DNA of 64,000 bases from Acidobacteriota bacterium (GTDB taxonomy: Bacteria; Acidobacteriota; Thermoanaerobaculia; Thermoanaerobaculales; Sulfomarinibacteraceae). Made by a program: the position numbers and the translations under genes. Below the pieces are notes generated by a model. The model saw nothing but the letters and a program-made list of their open reading frames with translations, was not told where the DNA came from and ran no database searches. Within the stretch, counting starts at the first letter, position 1. Each line of letters opens with the position of its first letter. Shown here piece after piece: positions 52,401-59,202 of the stretch. The DNA is taken from positions 1,448-65,447 of the forward strand of contig JAADFK010000085.1 of NCBI GenBank assembly GCA_013152925.1. The letters run 5' to 3'.

Positions 52401-55053
52401 CTTGCGTCATATTTACAGCCAATGGAATCTTGGCCGTGACCGGTTCCGAGAACAGATCGTCGGTGGTCATCCGGAGGTAGTACTGGTGTGAGGCCAGCAC
52501 GTTGGCATTCCCAGCAATATCAAACTGCAGGGTTGCCTCATTTTCATCAACGGAAGACGTTGCATCTTCCACAACCACCTTGGCATCCTTCAGAACGACA
52601 CTATCCGGAGTTTCGTTTCCCGGCATGGGTACGAGGTCGAGCTTCGCAGTGAAACCGGGACCACCACGGTTCGTCCTCAGTTTGAGGGTAAATTGGTCTC
52701 CCTGTCGACCGTAGACGGTGTACGCCTTTAATAGTCCGTTCCGGTCCAAGGGAGCCACCAACACGCGCTCCACACACCGCAACCTCATGTTCCCGCCATC
52801 CCCGGTGCCAAGGAGCCGAATCACGACTCGATTCTCGTCGGAGTGCAAGGTTGGAAGCGTGTACGAAATGTCGGTTTGGAAAGAGCTCCGGCTCTCAAGG
52901 TCAATGGTCTTGCCGGCCAGTTCACGAGCCCAACTTGGTTCAACGGAGGCAGTACAGAAATCGGTCTTAGCCGAAGCTTTGACCAAGAGCACCTGTAAGG
53001 TCACTTCAGCAGGGAGTACACCCGCATTGAAAAGCTGGACGCCCTTGTGCCGATACTCCTTGTTGTTTTTCTGGAAGAAAGGATCTGGCCAGGGGAAGGT
53101 TTCCTCTGTTGCATTGAAGCCGACGTCTGCCACCGCTTCGATCTGGAGCATACGATCACGCTCAGAGAAAAGGCGACATTTCTGTCGAACGTTACCGGTC
53201 ATCTTGTAGAGGTCGCCCCCTTTGGCCTGAGCATCGATGAGGTCGCCATCCTCTACCTGCTGCCAGGGAACAAGCAGGACCTTGATCGTACCCACCCCAT
53301 GAACCGAGGAAGGAAGCATCACAGTCAGGGGTATGTTCGTGCCGAGTTGGTTGCTGTCGATCTTGTAAACGCCACGATACTTCTGTTTGGTCTGATCGAC
53401 GTTGGAGGAAAGCACCTCGAGCCGCGCCTCGCGACTCGTGTCGGGGCCCTTGCTGGCCAGTTCTCCCGAGAGGTCCACATCGTCGTCGGGATCGGCGTAT
53501 GTAACCACCGCCGCCACAGGATCGGGACAGTTCCCCAGTTCCGTCGCATTGAGGGTAACCGTGATGGGCGTGCCTGCTATCTCATGGGCCGGGGCCGGCT
53601 TCTCAGGCCCCTCTGCCGTGGGGTCGTACCACGGCGCACTGTCAGGCCCCACAACGGCGAGCTCGTAGCCGGGGATCGCCGGAGAGCCGTCCAGTTCCAA
53701 AACGTTGTTCTCGAGATGGATGTCATACGTAGTGTGACCGTCCTGCACCTGCGGCGTGAAGCCATCGATTCTGATCCAATGACCTTTCCATTGAGTGCTG
53801 TCACCGGCCCAACGCACGCCGTACCATGCCGGATCGTAAACATAGAGGAAGAGCCGCCCGTCCCGCTCTGGTGCCGGGCCACCGAGATACCGGTTCTCCA
53901 GTCGGATTCGCCCCTCACGCTCGATGCGGGCCACCATGTTGTACAGATTGTTCCTGCTGAGTGGAGCATTGCCCCAATATCCCCACACCCCGTAGACCGG
54001 ATCTCCGAGCTCGCCCACTTCGTTGGGGAAATTTGTGCTTTCGTCGAGAGAGGTCATTGGATTCCCCGGCATCGTACTGAGGGGACTGGAGTAAAGTCGA
54101 AAATAACCAGAACCCGTTTCGTCTCCATGAACCGCCAATGGATCCTTGAGCTTCAAGGTGTCTACCTCAGAAGCAACATCGGCTGGCCCGGCGGCGGCAT
54201 CCTCCACATACCAGATATCGAAGGCCACTTGGTTGACACTGCACCGAAGGTCTTTGGACGGACCGCCGGCCGTATCATCTTCCGCCAGCCTCACCTCGTT
54301 GACCCACGCGTCTGTAAGGTCAGCGAGCTCACCCTGGCATTGGTTCTTTGCATCCCACCTGAGAGAAGGAACGGTAGTCGCCGGAGGCGGATTCAGCTGC
54401 CGGCTATCCGTTTTGTCGGCGTCAATGAGGTAGCCATCGCTTAGATCAGTCTCGTTCACATCCTCGAGATCTCCTGGCCCGGGTCCCATGATTCGCAGGT
54501 CAACGGGGTTTTTCTCGTAACCAGTACAAATGGATGCCAGATCTCCTATCAACTTCTCTTGATCAGCCGTTTGCACCGGGTTGTAGTTTTCGTCTACGAC
54601 CACCAATGAAAGGACAAGGTTGCCACGACCGAGCCCCTGCAGCAGGGAAAGCTGAGCGGAATCGACCTCGAGCGAATGTTCTCCAGGTTCCAACTCAGTG
54701 ACATCAGTGATCTTGAGCTCGTTCGCCTCGATAACATCGTCGGAAGAGCCCAGCAAGACCACATGCTCGCCATCATTCAACACGAAATCGCTGCCAACAC
54801 GGTACTTTAATAGAAAAACCTTCGACCCATCCGGGAGACCTTGAGGGCTTTTCGCCCACGGCCTCACGAAGAGAATCTCGAGATTGCTCTCGTCCATTAC
54901 GGAACGGCCTGATGTTCCCTCATCCACTGACGCCAGCGCCTTGGAACCGGCCTGCCTTCCCGAAAGAATCATCTGTGCCCACGATGGGGGCGCGCCAAGG
55001 GCTAGGACGATGAGCCCGAACACCAATACCACTAGACGGCTGTGAGCTTTCAT
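46429..55053 (-). CDS. Giant secreted cadherin-like / Ig-like repeat protein (2874 aa), putative adhesin
   Basis: ORF 46429..55296. Start ATG 55053 follows AAGGAGGAA. Signal peptide MKAHSRLVVLVFGLIVLALGAPPSWAQ. Three invasin-type Ig-like segments (...TDADGRASFEVTS, ...NENGEATFTVHT, ...DSDGMAVFQV). Two 96-aa cadherin-like/VCBS-type repeats (DSYSTNEDTQLTV..GVLxNDTDVDG...NAVNDPP). One dystroglycan-type cadherin-like module (FTDPDGDALSYSASGLPGGLT). Confidence 0.88.
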   Translation of the reverse strand: MKAHSRLVVLVFGLIVLALGAPPSWAQMILSGRQAGSKALASVDEGTSGRSVMDESNLEILFVRPWAKSPQGLPDGSKVFLLKYRVGSDFVLNDGEHVVLLGSSDDVIEANELKITDVTELEPGEHSLEVDSAQLSLLQGLGRGNLVLSLVVVDENYNPVQTADQEKLIGDLASICTGYEKNPVDLRIMGPGPGDLEDVNETDLSDGYLIDADKTDSRQLNPPPATTVPSLRWDAKNQCQGELADLTDAWVNEVRLAEDDTAGGPSKDLRCSVNQVAFDIWYVEDAAAGPADVASEVDTLKLKDPLAVHGDETGSGYFRLYSSPLSTMPGNPMTSLDESTNFPNEVGELGDPVYGVWGYWGNAPLSRNNLYNMVARIEREGRIRLENRYLGGPAPERDGRLFLYVYDPAWYGVRWAGDSTQWKGHWIRIDGFTPQVQDGHTTYDIHLENNVLELDGSPAIPGYELAVVGPDSAPWYDPTAEGPEKPAPAHEIAGTPITVTLNATELGNCPDPVAAVVTYADPDDDVDLSGELASKGPDTSREARLEVLSSNVDQTKQKYRGVYKIDSNQLGTNIPLTVMLPSSVHGVGTIKVLLVPWQQVEDGDLIDAQAKGGDLYKMTGNVRQKCRLFSERDRMLQIEAVADVGFNATEETFPWPDPFFQKNNKEYRHKGVQLFNAGVLPAEVTLQVLLVKASAKTDFCTASVEPSWARELAGKTIDLESRSSFQTDISYTLPTLHSDENRVVIRLLGTGDGGNMRLRCVERVLVAPLDRNGLLKAYTVYGRQGDQFTLKLRTNRGGPGFTAKLDLVPMPGNETPDSVVLKDAKVVVEDATSSVDENEATLQFDIAGNANVLASHQYYLRMTTDDLFSEPVTAKIPLAVNMTQAPPSVDGSEPMTVLPVVAAQPGVGGVVWKTAAWFFNQENKARTYEVGYVITKAGVPGNPNNQASNVFLHPEQDHETAIVRRLRLEAKGRPNSLRQYDDILDQLFGIVTASKGWIYVKPVTTTGTTVQDPWPAKFPMMAGEVYSVAEVSDPNSDNPIVASRGQFVVAQPLNWVAVIPTPLRVALVIPGNDGDHAISTRVNLHLTVFGDQEASFKIVALNDTGDEIWNQEVTVPPRTPLYVSLGNSVHPARLNVEPVGPDGVKYSVMVSQVDNDSDDPISLPGRTTGLLGSGGDRVIVPVIARLPGKNNSFWVTDLTLANTGNKDVTYGFRFFPTDGEHEIPNPPMAPVSLLAGQTLSIHDVCRYLDPNFSAGKGLLLVEIDGPGKDDVLVTSRTYTLATCEGEDGTVPCTYGQRVPGYAATPQVLTAGSDAGVIFALDLRSNAIRESFGLANVGDKKATAVLRLMDHEGAALQLKGADGSQVISMAVTVDLAPHALRQNELGRLNCEEDTAPCLSSFFSTPLVPLNEQVDSNGMSLLQGCLLEVAAQDGELTAYVTRTDNVTNDSLFIPVVQPEGYGTALPDSQHSAISVAEESSEVGAWERVDITLRDSNGRPLPGYSVTVKSSRPYYFRFEGAGDGLDYPQWQVTDADGRASFEVTSHAPGISSYSVEYAKRSTVNADGGVLSSIDLDTSVQCEWQVRKIESAVAEDSVVGRNETMTVTLKEADDSPVWPGFTVELSSDRLEDTPSDSTPIQASTNENGEATFTVHTKTIGLSKWSAVLYNQSDQNTVGDRSETTVNDETSWRLDEAASTVVMGNSSPVAGTTDGSDCNGDGIVDTGETVQVTVTLMGENNQPVVNARVELNKFLDPNDPQDYAKETILTSMPVITDSDGMAVFQVIVPPVNDDVPITVTHTATVSPNSGTSEDPVQTVGTAPSSQAAWQDESPANIGVFQWLLTNGFLTDATHQLDFDAHECIGHVDAFDVMIQRVDDGRYWNPTSQQWISSQAWFSATGQPQLDPAKEENTWNGNNNWGDLTLDMANRSNAEGFLVVWTVRATDGGGNTSESSNASNPIPVDYLVPEITGGFVSREGAGIGGDLPVAGEGFDIWSTAREYNPASGESWYQLQGGGASGNPTAAPSAALSGSPDVLLQPVTVSSVTLGGDQELAALGGRLLDQAAHDSSAVLRPDWAVFVRPLSPDGFQQGEADNPNSGNVGCGATGLNVFLQRNSADPAVARSTLQYAFLLDADGNGAISAGDYWLAVDSSGNRIWRDQTTGPVYRIASGWGVASGDWANALALPVNDANGNPVMPVTSDHQILVYAHNPQENVAPKPGEDPNTVSDPATVVTEGLPTIETFVLGNGDAALHECETGGIHGTFSDDDGQVAEVRLLIQSGNEYFDGASNQWVTTETWFTVSHDDAAHTWSWPIPHELLAGHVNHDVRISVLAVDNAEGTCTACQGEIHSCNTPTLTATLANDDPAVAFDNASYPDMDDDQAVTGTMSDSEYNSCGDASDYSLQIQIEAADSGKYWNGSAWQSSATWVPITVVDWTAGTWSYTLPSGFHDHLGGSNVTLKVETTDDLGATTSATSSGNIANIPPQVAPDSYSTNEDTQLTVVAPGVLQNDTDVDGVTLTAVLDTTVSHGTLTLNSDGSFTFTPAANYNGTDSFTYHANDGHADSATVTVTITVNAVNDPPVAAADSYSTNEDTQLTVAAPGVLTNDTDVDGDALTAVLDATVSHGTLTLNSDGSFSYTPAANYNGTDSFTYHANDGHADSATVTVTITVNAVNDPPTTTGISDQTNNDGDAMSLNVSTSFTDPDGDALSYSASGLPGGLTIGGITGVIGGTIAADASASSPYTVTVTANDGNGGTVSTSFTWTVNNPAPVVTIDGPSPFVLNDGTTIAGTVVDDDTISGVTLTIEDTDAGLFWDQISGTWAGIPSNNPATGTNSWTLILGAGFHTLTNSGHNISVVAASGDGQGAVGFSPAQTGTIAP
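47038..47613 (-). repeat. Two tandem 288-bp near-identical coding repeats (96-aa cadherin-like modules)
   Basis: Repeat 1 is 47038-47325 and repeat 2 is 47326-47613 by codon arithmetic. Protein copies differ at roughly 10 of 96 residues. The DNA is visibly near-identical over long runs. Confidence 0.9.
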
Positions 55054-55096
55054 CTCGGTTTTCCTCCTTCGATGACAATCGGACGCGTCATACTCA

Positions 55097-55112
55097 AGCA
55101 AGGAGGGTGCCA
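55097..55112 (-). promoter_or_regulatory. Sigma-54 promoter of the giant-gene operon
   Basis: The minus strand reads TGGCAC-CCTCC-TTGCT (exact TGGCAC-N5-TTGC), 44-59 nt upstream of ATG 55053. An AT-rich tract lies immediately upstream (55113-55180). Confidence 0.7.
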
Positions 55113-55255
55113 ATAGACAAAACAGTGAGATTTCGTATGTTATAGCTGGGAAGTTGGTAGGTAGCCGACGAATTCTTGCTGCCCCGCTCATCATCCTATG
55201 AGTCAAACCCGAACTCTCGTCGCTCCTCAATTCAACCAACATGTCGCCGCAATGG

Positions 55256-55269
55256 GGTTCCCGGGAACC
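55256..55269. promoter_or_regulatory. Perfect 14-bp palindrome GGTTCCCGGGAACC, candidate enhancer (UAS)
   Basis: Located about 145-157 bp upstream of the -24 element. The 10-mer GGTTCCCGGG also occurs about 130-145 bp upstream of the other sigma-54 promoter (7441-7450). Confidence 0.3.
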
Positions 55270-55577
55270 TACTCCGCCCGTCGCTGCCGTTACCAACTGT
55301 GGCTGATCGTGGCGACGCCACTGACGATTCCCTCATATCCTGTCAGACCGGCTGTTATCTCCCGGGCCACTTGGCTCCGTGATCCAATTACGCTCCCCGA
55401 TCAACACCGAAAGCCATGACCCGGAGGCTTCGATTCCTTCCAGCCCTCCATGAGAGAAATGACACCAGCCGTAACTCTTCTGTTGGGTATCCATCCCGTG
55501 AGGCAATTCGGTTCCGAGGAAGAAAAATCCCTGTTACATCAACCAGGGTCAATGATGTTTCTTGGCAATCACTCGCG

Positions 55578-57428
55578 TCATTCGAGCTCCAGGCGCTTCA
55601 TCTTCATTGCCAAGCCATTGCGCGAAATGCCCAGCAACTTGGCAGCCTTGGAGCGATTGCCCTTTGTTCTGGCAAGAGCGATTGTGATGAGCTTCCGTTC
55701 CAATTCGCTGAGACGGGTTTCGAGAACGAGATTGCCACCAGGATCCGGTTGATCAAGCATGCTGGCCTCATCGGGGAATAGAACGAAGTGGGAAAGAAGC
55801 CTTGAACTGATAGCTTGCCCCTCTGGACAGAGGTAAACGAGACGACGAACCTCATGTTCGAGCTCACGCACGTTGCCGGGCCACGGAGCGGATACGAGCG
55901 CCTCTAGCGTCTTGACCGTGAGGCCACGAATCGATTTGCAAAGCTCTCGCGCACAACGACGCAGGAAATGTTCCACCAGTGCAGGAATGTCTTCCCGTCG
56001 CTCACGCAGCGGTGGAATCGGAAGAATAAACCCCGCGAGCCGGAAATAGAGATCCCGCCGGAACGTACCTGATGCCAATCGTCGTTCAAGATCCGTGTTA
56101 GTGGCCGAGATTACACGAACGTCGACGTCCAGCGGCCAGCGACCACCCACTGGCGTGATCTCCATCTCCTGGAGAACTCTCAGAAGCTTCGCTTGGAGAT
56201 CTGTGGACATATCTCCAATCTCATCAAGGAAGAGGACACCTCCTTCTGCCAGCTGAAACTTCCCTTTTCTCGCCTCAACACCCGTCGCGACGCCGCGCTC
56301 GATCCCGAACAACTCGGCCTCAAGGAGTTCTGAAGGTATGGCGGCACAGTTCACGGCCACAAAAGGTCCATCGCTACGGTCTGACGATGCATGAAGCAAA
56401 CGGGCCACGAACTCCTTACCCACACCAGTCTCTCCGGTGATAAGAACGGGCAGGTTACCCTTAAGTAACTGGCGAATCTGATCGTACACAACCTTCATGG
56501 AATCCGACTCTCCGGCTACATATCCGTCCGAAAAATTCAAGTGAGGAAATGTGCGCTTCTCTCCGCTGACTCGCAATGGTGCCAACTCGGACTTTGAGTG
56601 AATAAACATGCGGAGACATATTTCAAGTAGTGGCCCCATCGCCCGAGCGGGTTGGAAACCTCCTAGCAACACAATTCCATACGGGGTTTTTCCAGGGGTA
56701 GCGGTCACGGCCCACGCAATGCTCTCACCTTGCCCTTTCGCACCCGAGAGCATGGTCGCCTCGGATTCTCCAACCTCGGCCACAGCTCTCATTGCAATCC
56801 TCAGGGCGCCATCATCCGGGAAATGAAACGGATCTCCCGAGGCACAAAGCACAATCGGGTCTTCATCTCCCGACCACTGGTAAAGGCAAGCTCCACGTGC
56901 GTCAAGTCCCATGCGAAGAGTCTTCAACGCCAACTCCACGTCCGGGTCATAGGCACCGATCAGAAAACCTGCCACCTTGTTCAATACATTTAGCCATTGC
57001 CGGGACTCTCTGCCTTGATTACCCGCCCGGGTATCTGTGTCGTGTTCCAAGGGGGAAGCCTCATTGTTCGTACCCAGCACCCCGCCTTCCATTGAGATCG
57101 CCAATTCGGCGTCTTTGCGATCAACTTCAGAAAGCAGAAACACTGCCGGCCCGAACCCTATCCACTCGCCAGGACGCACAACCGCCCGCTTCACCTTCGC
57201 ACCGTTGAGGTAGGTGCCATTCTTACTCCCCACGTCTTCCACTTCGATCTGGCCGATTCCAGAACGAACAACAGCGTGTTTCCGCGAAACACCTGCCATG
57301 GGAATAACAATGTCGTTACTCTCGTTGAGACCAACTCGGTACTCGCCCTTTACGAGGTCAAAGATCATGCAACATCCGTCGATCTCCCCAACCAGCCTCA
57401 TGCAACGCTTTTCGTTGTTCGTGCTCAT
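55578..57428 (-). CDS. FHA-GAF-AAA+ sigma-54 enhancer-binding protein with non-canonical GAFTGA loop
   Basis: Start ATG 57428 (MSTNNEKRC...). FHA: VGLNESNDIVIP..GVSRKHAVV...GSKNGTYLNG. GAF-like middle. AAA+ core with GETGVGKE, LFLDEIGD, RRDLYFRL. The GAFTGA position reads GVATGV. C-terminal HTH (RSKAAKLLGISRNGLAMKMKRL). Confidence 0.88.
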   Translation of the reverse strand: MSTNNEKRCMRLVGEIDGCCMIFDLVKGEYRVGLNESNDIVIPMAGVSRKHAVVRSGIGQIEVEDVGSKNGTYLNGAKVKRAVVRPGEWIGFGPAVFLLSEVDRKDAELAISMEGGVLGTNNEASPLEHDTDTRAGNQGRESRQWLNVLNKVAGFLIGAYDPDVELALKTLRMGLDARGACLYQWSGDEDPIVLCASGDPFHFPDDGALRIAMRAVAEVGESEATMLSGAKGQGESIAWAVTATPGKTPYGIVLLGGFQPARAMGPLLEICLRMFIHSKSELAPLRVSGEKRTFPHLNFSDGYVAGESDSMKVVYDQIRQLLKGNLPVLITGETGVGKEFVARLLHASSDRSDGPFVAVNCAAIPSELLEAELFGIERGVATGVEARKGKFQLAEGGVLFLDEIGDMSTDLQAKLLRVLQEMEITPVGGRWPLDVDVRVISATNTDLERRLASGTFRRDLYFRLAGFILPIPPLRERREDIPALVEHFLRRCARELCKSIRGLTVKTLEALVSAPWPGNVRELEHEVRRLVYLCPEGQAISSRLLSHFVLFPDEASMLDQPDPGGNLVLETRLSELERKLITIALARTKGNRSKAAKLLGISRNGLAMKMKRLELE

Positions 57429-58733
57429 CTCACAGGACCTCCCTGAACTTCGCCCAGCGGCAACATCTGATTCTCCGAGCGAAACCTGCAAACTCCACGC
57501 CACGATCGCTTTGGCGGGGAATCGACAAACAAAGAGCTTCTCTGACGGTCAACAAGAACAGTCATCCTCTGGGCGCCTCCGCATGAACGACCCTTTACCA
57601 ACGCTCTCCCACCGGCCATCGGTCTCCTCCCCGGAATGTCCAACCAAAACCGGCGGATGTGTCCAACTTATCACCGGTGTTGAGCCTTTGTGCCGTCATC
57701 ATCATCCTCGAGATCGACGTGATTCCCCCACCCGATCCTCCGTAGGTGACGTTTGTTGCATTGGCGTGTGAAACTCCAACAGTCTTGTCCTTCTCGAGCC
57801 ACTTGCGAGGACATCAAACAAAACTGGCCAGTTTGGAACTCGGACATCTGACAGAAAAAGATTACGGCGCAAAAACCATGTCAAGAGTTGCTACCGGGAT
57901 TGTAGTCTTACCCCCCCCTCCAACTCCCTGGGAAGCTATTCCTATTCTGTCATGGTCGCCTCATATCCCAATCGCCTTCCATTACGCAATCCGATCTGGG
58001 TGTTCCACCAAAACCATTCTACCCCCGCTCTCAGAGTCGTTTCCATGGCGAGTGCCTGCTCTCTCCTATTCAGGAAGAAGGTGGAGGTGGTCAACCTGGT
58101 GAGGGTGAGCGGTCAGTCGAGGCGGGAGGCTCGAGATCTTGGCGTGCTGAAGGATGCGCCGCACAATTGGGTGAAGCAGACCTCAATTGATGTCGGGCTG
58201 GGTTGCTCCGAGAATTGATGACAATGGAGATGAGAGGTCTTCGTTCCTTGGTCTTCCTTCCAGCCGGTGCCATGACGTTCCGGGTCGGGATTTGGCGGGT
58301 ATCCACCAGCGGGTGGGGGCGTGCGCATGGACGAAAGAACACTTTGCTGGGCTCCCGAAGGGGACGGGTCATCCGGCGCTGCAGGACGTGTGCGGCCGCC
58401 CGCCGTGGGAGAGCTGCCCGCCGGCCGTTTCCTCCTCAAGGAAGCTCTCTGCAGCGGCGGCGCGGGGGTTGTCCTCGCCGCCCTGTTGGCGCGCGCCCAC
58501 CTCTGGTGGGACGAGGTGGGACCGTCCGATCTGGCGGTGCGCTCCTTCACCCACGAGCCGTTGGCGGTCAGCCCAGCAGCGCTTCCGCCAGCGTGCCAGG
58601 GCTCACGCTGGAACACCCCCGGTCGCATCTCCATCCTCTCTCGTCGTTCGTTTATCTTCTTCTTCCCGGCGCACTGCTCCTCACCCCTCGCTCCCTTGGC
58701 TCGTTTGTTCCGGAGCGGCTCAAGGGTGGGTGG

Positions 58734-59114
58734 CTACCGTGCCGGGGGCTCGAGCCACTCGGTCTGGTAATCCTCGGTCCTTGGAACGATGCAGAGGAAG
58801 CGCACGATCCCGTCGCTCCGGTTGGCGTAGGCGTGGGCTACGCCGGCGGGGATGAAAACGCAGTCGCCGGCCCGGACCACACTCTCCTCGCCGTCCAGGG
58901 TCAGCACCATCTCGCCCTCGAGCATCACCTGCTCGTGCTCGATGCTCTCGTGCCGGTGCTTGGGGATACGGCCGCCGGGCGCGAGGGTGAAGCGGCGGGT
59001 GACGAAGTTGGGGACGCCCTCGGCGGGGCCCAGGAGCACCTGGATCGAGGCACCGCGGGAGTTGCCGACGGGACTCGGCCGGACCTTGTTCATGTTGCGG
59101 ATGACGGCGTGCAT
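58734..59114 (-). CDS. Cupin-domain protein
   Basis: 126 aa from ATG 59114. Cupin motifs GGRIPKHRHESIEHEQVMLEG and GDCVFIPAGVAHAY. Confidence 0.75.
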   Translation of the reverse strand: MHAVIRNMNKVRPSPVGNSRGASIQVLLGPAEGVPNFVTRRFTLAPGGRIPKHRHESIEHEQVMLEGEMVLTLDGEESVVRAGDCVFIPAGVAHAYANRSDGIVRFLCIVPRTEDYQTEWLEPPAR

Positions 59115-59202
59115 GGTCACCTCCACGAGCCGGGTTCCCGTCCACCATAACGCAACCGCCCGGCGCCCACTTCCTGGTTCCCCATTCTGCTACGATTCGA
59201 TC

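Noticed and set aside
22202-57428. Considered a type VI secretion locus because of the FHA/STK/PP2C/vWA set
   Set aside because: No Hcp, VgrG, TssB/C sheath, TssK/F/G baseplate, TssM/L/J or ClpV-like products are recognisable among the translations. Only the regulatory theme is shared.
17774-58300. Searched block edges for integrase, transposase, tRNA or att-like direct repeats
   Set aside because: None was recognised, so I do not call a mobile element. Only the compositional shift is reported.
58321-58770. 149-aa plus-strand ORF downstream of the cupin gene
   Set aside because: It has moderate GC3 in its first half but no motif, no SD, and its end overlaps the cupin gene. Evidence is insufficient to call a CDS.
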